This document shows, one piece after another, positions 1 through 15,435 of a stretch of 64,000 bases of DNA. The notes below the pieces were generated by a model. The model did not search any database and had not been told where the DNA came from. It saw only the letters and a list, made by a program, of their open reading frames with translations. The stretch is taken from positions 142,848,001 to 142,912,000 of the forward strand of contig OZ024741.1 in the NCBI GenBank assembly GCA_964016885.1, written 5' to 3'. Source of the DNA: Eledone cirrhosa. Lineage: Eukaryota. Every line of letters starts with the position of its first letter. The stretch's first letter is position 1. The position numbers and the translations under genes are program-made.

Positions 1-59
1 TGAATGAATATGTGTACGTGTTAGAGTATGGTTTGGTAAGCCAGTTATTAAAGCATTGA

Positions 60-258
60 GTGAGTGGGAAAACGGTCATATCCGGTAGAGGGTCGGACGC
101 TATGCTTTGCAGCATAGAGTTATGACCCTTTGCGTTCTCAGTTCAAATCCCGCCAAGCTTAACTTTGCCTTTCATCCTTCAATAAAATAAAGTGCCAGTA
201 ATGCACCGGGATAATTGCTGGCCTTGTGCCAAAAGTAGAAACAATTATTATTATTATT
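60..258 (+). mobile_element. tRNA-derived SINE (family A), (ATT)n tail
   Basis: B-box-like GTTCAAATCCCG, body AACTTTGCCTTTCATCC...GCTGGCCTTGTGCC(T/A)AAAGTAGAAACAATTATT shared with copies at 35135, 40021, 48740, 53868. Confidence 0.75.
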
Positions 259-293
259 GAAGAAGAAGAAGAAGAAGAAGAAGAAGAAGAAGA
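259..293. repeat. (GAA)n microsatellite
   Basis: direct reading. Confidence 0.95.
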
Positions 294-3200
294 ACGGGAC
301 GTGGGAACCCCGAACGTAAAACCCACTTCAAGACTTTTAAAGGGATTCCCAAAAGAAACCCCACCAACTATGGAGGTCGAACCACCCGACCTTCACAAGA
401 GCCCGGAAGGTAAGTAAACCTTTCCTCTCTCTCTTTTTAACCTGCCAACATGGCCGTATTAAGAGTAGGAAGTTTAAATGTTCGAGGCCTGGGATCGTCC
501 TGGAAGCAGGGTCATCTACTCAACGACCTCAGGTCTCTAGAAATGGATGTAATTGCCGTCAGCGAGACCAGGATTTCCGACACGCGCGCACCAGCCCCCA
601 TTTTCGACGACTATCAGATCTTTGCATCTGTTAACCGGTCGGGAATGGGAGGCGGGGTGGGAGTGCTGTTTAGGAAAGGCCTGGATCTCGAGGTAAGGTT
701 GATCTTCCGGGATCCGGACGGGAAGTTGGTGGTCCTGGACGTGAACAATAACGAAGGTGGTGCCTTTAGACTGGTGGCCGTCTATGCCCCTACTGGGGCA
801 GGACGGCCGGACTTCTTTAGACGCCTGGAAGCCTTTCTGGGTACGTCTCGCCCTTTACTGTTAGCGGGGGACTGGAACGGCATCTTAGACGCACTCTGGG
901 ACTGTGTGGGAGTATCCGATAGGAGCGGGGGGTGCAAAAGCCTCAAGAACATGATCAGCCAGTTCCAACTGTCTGAAAGGTACCGACTAGATTTCCCTAA
1001 TGCGCCAGTGTGGACCTGGACTAACCCCATAGGGTCATCTAGTTCGTATATAGACAGGATATTCATTAGGAAAATAGACAGAAATAGTGTAAGCTGTCCA
1101 CGTTTTAAAACGGTTGCCTATTCAGATCACAAGTTTGTGATCTGTATGGTCGACCTAGATAAGACGCGTAGATTAGGACCTAGTTACTGGAAGCTGAACT
1201 GTCATTTCCGGCACGTAAGGCTTACAGGGACCAGGTCAACAATTTAGTTAGGAAAAAGTTGACAGGGGGAGGCGTCAACAATAGATGGTGGGGGGCTCTC
1301 AAAAGAGAGATTAGAGTAATGTCGATAGAGCTTAGCAAAGAAGTAACGTTAGAGAAAAATAGAAAGGAGGGGGAGTTGGTAGATAAGTTAGACGAGGCTA
1401 TTGGTAGTGGCATTGCAACTGACGTGCTAGCGGCGAGAATGGCATTAGACCATTTCTTCAATGCGAAACACGAAGGTTGCATTGTCAGAGCTAAGGCGCT
1501 TGCTCTGAGAAACGAGGGAACCAAAGTTGTTCGATGGGCCCGCGTGGCAGAGGCGCAGCGTGGTAATAAAACCACGATTCGGTTTTTGGCGGACCGAGAC
1601 GGACACGAGCTGAGCGATTCCAAGCGGATGTGTGAGGCCTTTCGCCAACATTTTGCTCGGTTGTTCGGGGGAAGTGGCGGGTCAGAGACGGTAGCGGACT
1701 TCAGTCCCTACCTCGATGGCTTGCCGCAACTCTCGACGGCTGACGCTGGGCGCTGCGAAAGGCCAATTACTTCAGCTGAGATTCAGGATGCCCTTGTCGG
1801 CTGCATGAGGCGCAAGTCACCCGGTTTGGATGGTCTGCCCTACGAGCTTTACGTAAATATGCCAGACTTGTTCTCCAATCTCCTCGAAGTCCTCTACTGC
1901 AACTGGCAGCAAAACGGGAGTATTCCCAGTTCTGTGAGCCGGGGCGTAGTGACGCTGATAAGGAAAGACGAGAACAAGAGGGACACATTAGACAATTTCA
2001 GGCCCATAACTCTGCTCAACACAGTTTAAGATTTTGGCCAGGGTGTTAGCGAAGAGGTTGGCGCTTGTCGTCGGGGATTTGGTTGGGGAGGCGCAAACTT
2101 GCGCAATCCCAACCAGGTCCATACACGACAACCTCCACCTAATGCGATACATTATAGAGAGGGTGGGGTGTAAACCTGGCTTCGGTGGGGCTCTGATCAA
2201 TTTAGGTCAATCGAAAGCATTCGATAGGGTCGACCATCGGTACCTGGAAGCTGTCCTCAAGGCGGCTGGCTTCGGCCCCGTCTTCAGAAGCTGGATCGCT
2301 GCAATGCACAGCGGCACCTGCTCGGTGGTCAAAATTAATGGCCACCTCTCGAAACCGTTTCAGGTCTCCCGATCGGTCCGTCAAGGGTGCCATCTCTCCT
2401 CCCTTCTGTACGTATTGACTCTCGAGCCTTTACTGCGGAAGCTGGAGCTGTTGCAGAGTATCCCGCTCGAACCGGGACGCGGAAAGGTTGTGTCGGCTTA
2501 TGCGGACGACATCACCGTGATGGTGTCGGACACCTCAGAAATCGAGGTGGTCGGCAACTTATTGGAGGAATATGAAAGGTTGACGGGAGCCCAACTTAAC
2601 CCGGAAAAGTCGGTGGGCTTGCAACTCAGCACCTGGAGAGGCAAGTCCATACCGTCCAACAGCGTCGTTAGGCGCTGGACCGACGGACCGGTAAAGTTGC
2701 TCGGGTTTGGTTCGGGCCAGACCTCCAGGTGGATAAGAATTGGGACGAGGTGACGGGCAGGGTAGCCAGTCTCACCCAGAAATGGGCTGGGAGGAAGCTA
2801 TCACTGAAAGGTCGGGCGGAGGTGGCGAACACGTACATCTACTACCGTCTGACCGTCGTCCCTTGTCCCCGTTCGCGCCTCGCCATCTTGGAGCGGCTCC
2901 TCCTCAAATTCTTGTGGAGGGGACAGGTTCCGCTGGTGAGGCGGTCCATCTGCTGCCAGCACCCTCTACGTGGAGGGCTTGGCATGCCGTGGCTAAGGAT
3001 GCGCAGACACTCGCTGAGGCTGCGGCATCTCCAGATATTCTGCCTAAACGGTGAACAGGTATGGTCGTCGTTTGTCAGACGAGCCTTTCCGCAGCTCGTT
3101 TCTTTGACTGAGCTGCAGTCCTGGGTCAAGAAGAGACCGAGACTGGGTGACTGGCATCTGGAATGTTGCCAGGCACTCACTGCCCTCTACCAGGCGGGCA

Positions 3201-4120
3201 ATGTGGTCAGTGGAATTTCCACGCTCGAGTTCTATAGAGGATTAGTGGTGGGCAAGTGTGACGACGCACTCGGAGAGGCTCTGGGAGTCGACAAAGTCGA
3301 ACTTACCAGTCTGTTTCAGAGGACTTTCGAGCCGGGGACGATGGATAATTTCCAAAAATCTCTCGCTTGGCAGTGCTACCGGGGGGAACTGCCGGTTCGA
3401 GATAAACTCTACAGGCACGGAAGTGCTGTCAGACGGACCTGTTCGAGATGCGCGCAGAGCGACGAAACCGTTCTGCACGCACTCGTCCAGTGTCCGTGCA
3501 TTACTGACTTGTGGAGTTATGTCGAACAGCTGTTGTCGCGTTTAGAACGGATCCGGCTATCGGCCGAGTCCATAGTGAAGATCGACCCGCCGCCATCTTT
3601 TGGCCAGGAAGTGCAGGAAATTTTCTTCTGTCTGGTGGCAGTAGCGAAAGAGGTTGTATGGCGGACGAGGTTGAAAGGACTGAAGACAGACACTTTTCTC
3701 TTCGGCCAATCCCTCATCAACTTTTTCAAGTTTCACTTGGAAAGGAAGGTGAGGGTGGACAGAGAAGTGCTGCCCCCCCCCCCCCCCGTACATTTGCTGA
3801 AAGGTGGGTGAATGTGGCGAGAATGGCCCGTGTGAGTGGGCCTACTCTGGTCATGCGCCTGTAGGTGGGTAAATTTGAGGAGGAGAGGGGTACCCTTCCA
3901 GGGTGCTCTCGAAACGTCGGGTCGTTCAGGATTGGTGGGGTACCTGAGCGAACCCTGGTCACCCCCCCCCCCCCTATTGGGGAATTTATCTTGTATTTTT
4001 CTTGTTACTTTGTTATTGTTATTCATATTGTTTACTCGATTTTTCTGTAAAACCCCACTGTCCCAGTCTTTTGTATTGTCCCCTATATGTCGGCCCTTGT
4101 GGCCAATAAACGAAATCATT
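294..4120 (+). mobile_element. Tx1/L1-clade LINE, 5'-truncated in ORF1, ORF2 frameshifted
   Basis: APE endonuclease (SLNVRGL, GDWN, YIDRIF, SDH), RT (SPGLDGL, FRPITLLN, KAFDRV, VRQG, YADD), C-terminal CxxC..H..C, 3'UTR ending AATAAA. Confidence 0.92.
450..3864 (+). pseudogene. Tx1 ORF2 (APE-RT-zinc finger), disrupted
   Basis: ORF pieces 450-1247, 1259-2029, 2034-2753, 2729-3811 and end of 3511-3864 join into one collinear ORF2 across frameshifts. Confidence 0.9.
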
Positions 4121-4122
4121 AT

Positions 4123-4300
4123 TACACATACAACTCAAAACATACACAGCCACACATACAATAACATCCATATCTACACATGCATGCATACATATCTACC
4201 TAGTTGATGTGTAAATTCCAATGAGAGAGTCTTGTGTCTATGTTAGAAACCGACTCTCTCTCTATTGGTAAAACTTTGTGAAATTATAAAATCAGAAGAA
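4123..4300 (+). mobile_element. isolated 3'UTR of the Dong/R4-type element
   Basis: near-identical to 10681-10858, followed by (CATA)n. Confidence 0.85.
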
Positions 4301-4340
4301 CATACATACATACATACATACATACATACATACATACATA

Positions 4341-4755
4341 CATGGTGGCTGCCAACTCGTTTTCGAGTACGGCCACTACTTTATATCCATGTAGGAGAAC
4401 CCCTACCGATGCGCTAAACAAGTGTGAATTTTTTGTCCAGCCAGCGACTTGAAAACTCTGGTACAAACACTACACCTGTGACAATTATTGACACATAGTG
4501 CTGGGCCCATGGCACCACGTGACGACAAGTGCAGAGAAATCTCCAGATATAAAGCAATGCCTGTGCCGTGAAGCTTTTATAGTGAGCAAAGGCACTGCAC
4601 AAAGCCAGTCCCACTCTCTTAACCAAGATGATATTTACCAAAAAGAAGAACAAGTCAACATCATTGGATACCGTCAGGGTTGCAGGTGTTATATCAGAGT
4701 TTTCCTTCTCCTAGAATTCTGCCTTGACAAAGGCTAAGGGGTCATCTCTCCCGGA
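4341..4755 (-). mobile_element. ~415-bp RTE-related non-autonomous retroposon, copy 1
   Basis: minus-strand head has AGCCTT..AGGCA..CTAGGAGAAGGAAAACTCTGA (RTE 5'UTR-like); 3' hairpin then (TATG)n tail; repeated at 4820 and inverted at 7520. Confidence 0.65.
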
Positions 4756-4819
4756 TATATACATACATACATACATACATACATACATACATACATACAT
4801 ACACATATATATATACATA

Positions 4820-5235
4820 CATGGTGGCTGCCAACTCGTTTTCGAGTACGGCCACCACTTTATATCCATGTAGGAGAACCCCTACCGATGCGCTGAACAA
4901 GTGTGACTTTTTAGTCCAGCCAGCGACTTGAAAACTCTGGTACAAACACTATACTTGTGACAATTACCGACACATAGTGCTGGGCCCATGGTACCATGTG
5001 ATGACAAGTGCAGAGAGATCTCCAGATATAAAGCAATGCCTGTGCCGTGAAGCTTTTATAGTGAGCAAAGGCACTGTACAAAGCCAGTCCCACTCTCTTA
5101 ACCAAGATGATATTTACCAAAAAGAAGAACAAGTCAACATCATTGGATACCGTCAGAGTTGTAGGTGTTATATCAGAGTTTTCCTTCTCCTAGAATTCTG
5201 CCTTGACAAAGGCTAAGGGGTCATCTCTCCCGGAA
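4820..5235 (-). mobile_element. ~415-bp RTE-related retroposon, copy 2 (tandem)
   Basis: high identity to 4341-4755. Confidence 0.7.
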
Positions 5236-5236
5236 G

Positions 5237-7471
<2,235 letters not shown>

Positions 7472-7519
7472 CATATATATATATATATACACACATACAT
7501 ATACACATACACATATACA

Positions 7520-7792
7520 TGGGACTGGCTTTGTGCAGTGCCTTTGCTCACTATAAAAGCTTCACGGCACAGGCATTGCTTTATATCTGGAGATCTCTCT
7601 GTACTTGTCGTCACATGGTACCATGGGCCCAGCACTATGTGTCGGTAATTGTCACAAGTGTAGTGTTTGTACCAGAGTTTTCAAGTCGCTGGCTGGACTA
7701 AAAAGTCACACTTGTTCAGCGCATCGGTAGGGGTTCTACTAGATGTATATAAAGTAGTGGCCGTACTCGAAAACGAGTTGGCAGCCACCATG
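7520..7792 (+). mobile_element. 5'-truncated copy 3 of the 415-bp retroposon
   Basis: reverse complement of ~4341-4612, followed by TATG-rich tail. Confidence 0.75.
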
Positions 7793-8228
7793 TGTATATA
7801 TGTATATGTATGTATATGTATGTATGTATATGTATATATATGTATATATGTATGTATGTGTATGTATGTGTATATATATATATGTGTGTAGGTATATGTA
7901 TGTATATGTATGTGTATGTGTGTATGTATATATATATGTATATGTATATGTGTATATGTATATATATATATATATATATATGTATACGTATGTATATATA
8001 TATGTATATATATGTATATGTATATGTATGTGTGTAGATGTAGATGTATGTATGTGTATATATGTGTATATATTTATGTGTGTGTATATGTATATATGTG
8101 TATATGTATGTATATATATATATATGTATATACATATATATGTATATGTATGTGTATATGTATGTATATATATGTATATGTCTATATATGTGTGTATGTA
8201 TATGTATATATATGTGTGTGTATATATA

Positions 8229-8261
<33 letters not shown>

Positions 8262-8388
8262 ACATACATACATACATACATACATGCATACATACATACA
8301 TACATACATACATACATACATACATACATACATACATACATACATACATACATACATACATACATACATACATACATACATACATACA
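7793..8388. repeat. compound (TA)/(TATG)/(CATA) microsatellite
   Basis: direct reading. Confidence 0.95.
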
Positions 8389-10858
8389 AGATAAGAAAAC
8401 ACCAGGTAGAGACATGATTGTCGGCTACTGGTACAAAAAACTAATATTCTATCGGAGGTATCTTACTGACCTCTACCAACAAGTTCTTAATGGAGATACA
8501 CTTATACCAGAATGGTTGACATTAGCACAAACATTACTGGTCCCCAAGAACAAAGACACCCACTTGGCAAAAAACTACCGACCCATTGCATGCCAGAACC
8601 TAATATATAAGATGTATACAGCCTGCCTGAACCTATTCCTCCAAGATCACTGTGAAAATAATAACATCATCACAGATGAACAAGCAGCTGGAAAGAAAAG
8701 GGTTTGGGGATGTGCTGAACAACTCCTAATCAACAAAACTGCGATGTCGGAGGTGCGACAACTTAGGAGGAATATGGCTACAGTCTGGCTGGACTACAGG
8801 AAAGCTTTCGATTCTGTTCCCCACTCTTGGATGATAGAGGCTCTCCAACTTGCTAAAGTCCCAGACATTATTGCCAGAGCCATAGAGAGGCTGTCTTCTT
8901 CTTGGGCTATTTTCCTAAGGTTAAAGACAGAGAGGGAGGACTCTATTTTCACTGATAAAATAAAATATTGCAGGGGTATATTTCAGGGGGACAGTCTCTG
9001 TGATATTATTCATCTTGTCATTAAACCCCTTGTCCTTTCTGCTCAAGAAATGTGAGGGATACATCATTGGCTCACAGGAGGACAGAAATACGAACCTAAC
9101 CCATAACTTCTTTGTGGACGATCTGAAACTCTATGCCAAGAACTTGGATAGGATGAAGAAAAATCTTGACCTGGTTACAACGTTCTCAAAGGATATAGGA
9201 ATGGAGTTTGGCCAAGATAAATGCTCATACATGACTGTAAAGCGGGGAAAAACAACAACCCAATCTAGCAACATTGTCATCAATGGCCTAACTGTTTCAC
9301 CGATATCTGATGAGGACTGCTACAGATACCTGGGGATAGATGAGAACATATCCTATAATGGTATCTGTAATAAAGAACGCGTAACCAGGGAATACTACAC
9401 CCGATTAAGAAAGATCTGGTCATCGGAACTCTCTGCGCAAAACAAAACAGTGGCTCACAATGTGTTTGCTGTGTCTATCCTAACATCAACGTTTGGAATA
9501 CTCAATTGGACTAGAGACGAAATCCGAGCAGTTGATGTTGGTACTCGAAAAATACTAAACAACACCGGAAACTTCCACATCAACAGTGACATAGACCGCC
9601 TTTACTTGAAACGTAAGCAGGGAGGCAGAGGCCTAACATCAGTCCAGACAACATTTGAATGTCACATCATATCTCTCCGACAACATCTACGAACCTCGAA
9701 GCGTAGGAGTCCGCTTCTCGAGTAAGTCTATCTGCATGAAACAGATAAGATCATGAGAGTTGGGAAAGAACTCCTCGAGAGATATTCCCTGTGTGATAAT
9801 CAAATCTCACACCCAAGGAAGTCGCTCAGCAGTATCGCAGTGAATCCATGGATGAAAAACTGCATGCTTATCAGCAAAAAATCATGCATGGATATGTTGC
9901 CAGGAACCTCCAGAGTGAGAGTAATATAGATAAGGAAAGTTTCAAGGATACGCTTTTGAAATCCAAGAACAGGAGATTAACACGAAATACTTGATTCACA
10001 AAAGAGATAGGAATGCAGGCAAAACACCTAGATGTGATAACAAGTGCAGACTCTGCAGAACTAACATCGAGGATATCACCCATGTCATCAGCAGCTGTCC
10101 AAAGATGTCATCGCGGTACTATCTACCTATGAGGCATGATGTAGTGACCAAAACACTGTACAATGCAGTTCGTAAAAAAGATAGCCCCGATAATATACAC
10201 ATTAAAAGCTACAGCAATGTGGAAGATATCCATGTACATAATATGAAAGAGTACTGGTGGAATGTTCCAGTAAAAACCCCAATAAAATGCAGGCATAACA
10301 GACCAGATATTATGATATTAGACATGGAGAAGAAAGCATGCACAGTAGTGGAAATTAGCTGCCCAGCAGATGCCAATATAATATCAAAGATTAGCGAAAA
10401 GGAGAATATTTATACAGAACTGTTGAGAAATCTGCAGATACTCCACTCTGATTACACCTTCAGATTTATGCCTGTGATTATTGGGGCACTGGGGTATGTT
10501 AGTAGCTGCCTCAATACAAATCTTGAGAAGCTAGGCTTCACAGGAACAGAAAGAACACTAGTTAGGAAATTACAAGTACAATCCATTAATGGAACAGTAA
10601 AAATATGTAAAACATTCCAAAAATGTTGTATCTAATAACTGCATATACACATGTACAGATGCAAAGCATATACACATGCACACATACAACTCAAAACATC
10701 CACATCCACACATACAATAACATCCATATCTACACATGCATGCATACATAATCTACCTAGTTAATGTGGTGTAAATTCCAATGAGAGAGTCTTGTGTCTA
10801 TGTTAGAAATCGACTCTCTCTTTATTGGGAAAAAATTTGTGAAATTATAAAACCAGAA
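8389..10858 (+). mobile_element. Dong/R4-type RLE non-LTR retrotransposon, 5'-truncated
   Basis: RT (PGRD, NYRPIAC, LDYRKAFDSV, GIFQGDSL, FVDD, GGRGL), CRLC..EDITHVISSC, RHD, RLE PDI..VEISCP; (CATA)n on both sides. Confidence 0.88.
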
Positions 10859-10946
10859 CATACATACATACATACATACATACATACATACATACATACA
10901 TACATACATACATACATACATACATACATACATACATACATACATA
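10859..10946. repeat. (CATA)n microsatellite
   Basis: direct reading. Confidence 0.95.
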
Positions 10947-11895
10947 GGAAAGATATGGAATAAAGCCTGATATAAATATCTCACCCAGAGAAATCGGAAG
11001 ATCCTATTCAATGTTCAAACAAGATGAAAAAAATGACCAATTTACAGAAAAAGTGGTGCATGCATACTTGGAACGTAAAACACAGACCAGAGAGGGGATA
11101 AACCACTCAAAATCCTGGCATGGAGTTCCGACAAGTTTATGACATCACACCTTGAGGGCTATCTCTATGCAATACAAGAACAAGAACTCCCTACCAAATA
11201 TCTGCTGCACAAAAGAGGAGGGCCATCAGCTGACAATAAATGTAGGCTATGTAAAACAAAGATCGAAGATGTAAGCCACATTGTTGCCAGCTGCGAAAGA
11301 ATATCATCTCGCTACTTCCTCCCCATGAGACACGATGGGATAGTTAGAACCATCTGGAACGCACTTCGGAAAACAAAATTAACAACAAACGAGGAAGAAT
11401 ATATCGAGACAGATGGCACTAAGGAATACTGGTGGAACCTGAAAATAAAAACTGCCACCAAATTAAAGCACAACCGGACTGATATTGTTGTTTGGGACCA
11501 CACATTGAAAACGTGTTCTGCTGTGGAGATCAGCTGCCCACTTGATGTAAACGTTGTCAGAAAAATACAGGAGAAGGAGGACATCTACGGACCATTGATG
11601 AGGAGTTTACAAATCCAGTATCCAAGATACACCTTTAGCTTCATATCCCTCATTATTGGAGCTACGGGTTATATACCAACCCGCTTGGACCAATGTATAA
11701 CTGAACTTGGATTTGCGGACAAAGAGCGCAGCTCCCTAATTCATAGTCTACAAATGGCTGCGATAGTTGGCACCTTCAAAATTTGCAAAACATTCTTGCG
11801 ATTCAAGGGATGATAATTTCTTTTCTTTTACAACCTTGCCACCAGGAAGGTGGCCGGTCAAAAATATACTCGAAATTAAGAGAAAGAGATAAACA
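10947..11895 (+). mobile_element. second, diverged Dong/R4-type 3' fragment
   Basis: ORF 11139-11813: AIQEQ, CRLCK..EDVSHIVASC, RHDG, D..VEISCP; CATA repeats at both ends. Confidence 0.85.
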
Positions 11896-12151
11896 TGCAT
11901 ACATACATTCATTCATTCATACATATAAATATGTATGTGTAATATAGAAAGATCAAGAAAATGGGAGTAATAATCAGCCTAAAATCCTTGTCATATAAGG
12001 AAATAAAAAACTATGGCGTTCTAACGATGTCACGTGATAGGACGTGATCGTCTGTAGTTTTGTCATTGTAACGTTCTTCTTTTCTCACTTTCTTTTTTTA
12101 CTTCTTTCTGTCTTTCTTTCGTACTTTCCCTCTTTCTTCACTTCTTTTACT

Positions 12152-13747
12152 TTGGCTGGAGTATCACGGCCCCTCTCAACGTTTGGTATCTGGATGATGC
12201 TACATTGGGCGGGCCCGTACGGACGGTCTGCCAAAACCTTCAATCGGTGATTCCTGCCTTGGCGGGAATCGGCCTCCAGGTCAACTCGGCCAAGTCGGAG
12301 GTGATGAACGTCAGCCTCGATGCTGCGAGCTGTGCAGCCTCCGTCTTGGACGTGCGGTCCATTCTCCGCCAGGTTCAGGTGACCCCCAAAGAGGATGTCC
12401 TCATCCTCGGGTTACCGAAACACCCGCCGGCTATCCGCTCCATCATCAGGTCCAAGCTTCAACAGCTCCAGACTCTCACGAGCCGACTGGGCTTGATTGA
12501 CGGCCACCCAGCTCTCTTTCTGCTGAGGAACTGCTTCGCCATGCCGAAGCTCCTCTATACACTCCGCAGCGCTCCATGCTACACCCAGGCATCTCTCCTC
12601 GCTGACCTCGATACTTGTATCCGAGCAGCAGCCGAGGGGATATGCAACGTCAAGTTTGACGACATAGGGTGGCAACAGGCCACTTTACCGGTCAGGTATG
12701 GCGGCCTAGGCCTCCGGTCCCCAATCTCACTAGCTTTGCCGGCGTAACTTTCGTCGGTAACCTCGTGCCGCGTCCTCGTCAGCAGGGTTCTTCAAAACAC
12801 AACAGAACCCTCTATGTTCAGAGAACGTGAGGCCGTCTGTGAGACGTGGGACCGGCTGGGACTTAGCCCAGTAGACGTCCCTCCTCCTTCTCCCCCTGTT
12901 GACGTCAAGTCCCTCCAACTCACTTGGGATGCCATCCAGTGCAGCCTGGCCTCAGATAGGCTCACGCGCCAACTCGACCAGCTCCGCCTTGCTTGTTTTC
13001 GTGCGGCCTCCAAACCCCACAGTGGTGTCTGGCTCCATGCTCTGCCCTCCTTCTCCACTGGCACCTAGCTAGACAACCATAGCCTGCGAATCGGCGTTTC
13101 CCTGAGGCTCGGCCTCCGGATCTGCCAGCCACACCAATGTCGCTGCGGTTCCACCGTGGACTCTTTCGGCCTCCACCCGCTTTCCTGTCGCCCCAGTGCC
13201 GGCCGCATTCCACGCCATACTGCCCTCAACGAGGTCATTAAGCATGGCTTGGACGCTGCAGGCTTCCCTTCCCAGCTTGAGCCGGTGGGCTGGATCGAGG
13301 GGACGGCAAAAGGCCAGATGGCATGACCATCTTCCCGTTCCGCGGTGGCAAACCCCTCGTCTGGGATGCCACTTGCACCGACACTTTCTGCAGCCGCAAC
13401 CTGGTGCAGTCTGCGACTGACCCAGGTTCTGCTGCACGCCGTGCTGAGGGGGCCAAACACCTCAAATACCGGTCGTTCTCCGACAGGTTTGCGGTCGTTC
13501 CCCTGGCAGTGGAAACTGCTGGTGTCCTCGGTCCCAGGGCTACCTCCTTACTCACCACCATAGGCGCTGAGCTGGCCAGCCGCAGGTGTCAGCCCCGCGA
13601 GTTGGAGTGGCTTTTCCAGCGCGTCTCCCTTGCCGTCCTTCGGGGAAACGCCTTCTCCATTCTGTCCGCCGAGGCTGTGGGTGGGCCCCATCGAGTACCA
13701 ATACATTAGTTAAATACCATTCTTTCATCTGATACAATACAATATTA
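12152..13747 (+). mobile_element. CRE-clade RLE non-LTR retrotransposon, 5'-truncated
   Basis: WYLDD, LPVRYGGLGLRS, CRCG..VD..GLH.LSC, RH..LN, RPDG..PF..GKPLVWDATC, PLAVET.G; stops/frameshifts; pyrimidine (TTTC)-like flanks. Confidence 0.8.
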
Positions 13748-13767
13748 CTTTCTTTCTGCCTGTCTAT

Positions 13768-13860
13768 CTGTATGTAAAATCCCCGGCATGTCTTTGTATT
13801 GTCCCCTTTTCTTGTTGCGCCCTTGTGGCTAATAAAGAAATCTATCTATCTATCTATCTA
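13768..13860 (+). mobile_element. terminal ~75 bp of Tx1 3'UTR plus (TATC)n
   Basis: matches 23803-23870. Confidence 0.8.
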
Positions 13861-14725
13861 TAGAGGGCTGGTACTCAGCAGGTGTGACGACGCCCTCGGA
13901 GAAGCCCTAGACATGGAGGAAGACGAACTGGCCAGCCTGTTCGGTAGGACATTCAGCCCGGGTCTTATGGACAACTTCCAGAAGTCCCTGGCCTGGCAGT
14001 GCTACCGTGGGGCTCTACCCGTTCGAGAAAAGCTCTACAGACACGGGCGCCCGGGTAGGGACCCCACCAAAAAGATCTGTCCCAGATGCGTGTGCGACGA
14101 GGAAACCGTTGCACACGTATTGGTACACTGCTCGGGCGTAGCCGATCTGTGGGGCTATGTCGAACGACTGCTGTCACGGGTGGGACCGATCCGGTTGACC
14201 ACCGATGCCATTGTAACGATTAAGCCCCCCCCCCCTTCAAAAATGAAGGAGAAGCGGTGTTTCTGTGCGTGAAAGAGGTTGTATGGTGGACGCGTCTAAA
14301 AGGACTGAGGTCAGGCACCTTTCTCTCTGGCCAACAACTGATCCGTTTCTTCCGATATCATTTCGGAAGAAGTATCAGGATAGAGAGAGAGGTGCTGCAC
14401 CCCAGTCGTTTTTATGAAAGGTGGGTGAAAGTGGTGAGAATGGCCCGTGTGAATGGGCCTTCTCTCTACATCAGCCTGTAGATGGAAAAGATGAAGGAAC
14501 GAGGGAGCACCTTCTCTCTGTGCTCCTGAGGAGAAGGGTTGCACACTTTTTTCGGGTGTGTGTGTGACCTCCCAAAACGCCTCCTCCCTATTGAGGACTT
14601 TATTGTTAATTTTATATTTGTTATTTGTTTTATATTTGTTATTTGTTTTCTTTACTCGCCTTTTTGTGTAAACTCCCCCCTTGTATTTGTCCCCTTCTTT
14701 TGCGCCCTCGTGGCAATAAATAGAA

Positions 14726-14797
<72 letters not shown>
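13861..14797 (+). mobile_element. 5'-truncated Tx1 3' fragment with (TATC)n tail
   Basis: MDNFQKSLAWQCYRGALPVR, CPRC..ETVAH..C, 3'UTR with AATAAA. Confidence 0.9.
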
Positions 14798-15382
14798 GTG
14801 GGGCTATGTAGAACAACTATTGTCGCGGTTGGGACCAATCCGGTTGACCACCGAGTTCATTGTCATGATCAAACCGCCACCCTCCTTCAAAAACGAAGGA
14901 GAGGCGGTTTTCCTTTGTGTGATAGCTATGGCGAAAGAGGTTGTATGGTGGACAAGGTTGAAAGGGCTGAGGTCAGACACCTTTCTCTCCGGCCAACAAC
15001 TGATTCTTTTTTTCAAATACCACTTTGGAAGAAGAATCAGGATGGAGAGAGAGGTGCTGTACCCCAGCAAGTTTTATGAAAGGTGGGTGAAAGTGGCGAG
15101 AATGGCCCGAGTGAATGGGCCTTCTCTCTATATCAGCCTGTAGGTTGAGGAAAAGGAGGAGGAGAGGAAAGGAGTACAAGCTCTTCGTACTCCTGGAGAT
15201 GAGGGTTGCACATTTTTTTCGGGGGTCTGTGTTACCCATATAAACTGTCTCCCTCTATTGGGGAAAATCGACTAACTTTTAAATTCCATCTGTGATAACA
15301 TTTTACACGTTTTTATTGTATGTAAACTTCCCCCTTTGTATTTGTCCCCTTCTTTTGTGCCCCTGTGGCTAATAAAGAAATA

Positions 15383-15435
<53 letters not shown>

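Noticed and set aside
226-417. Poly-Glu ORF
   Set aside because: SINE tail plus (GAA)n fused to the last codons of Tx1 ORF1
7910-9055. 381-aa ORF fusing a low-complexity N-terminus to an RT
   Set aside because: Chance read-through from (CATA)n into a 5'-truncated Dong/R4 element
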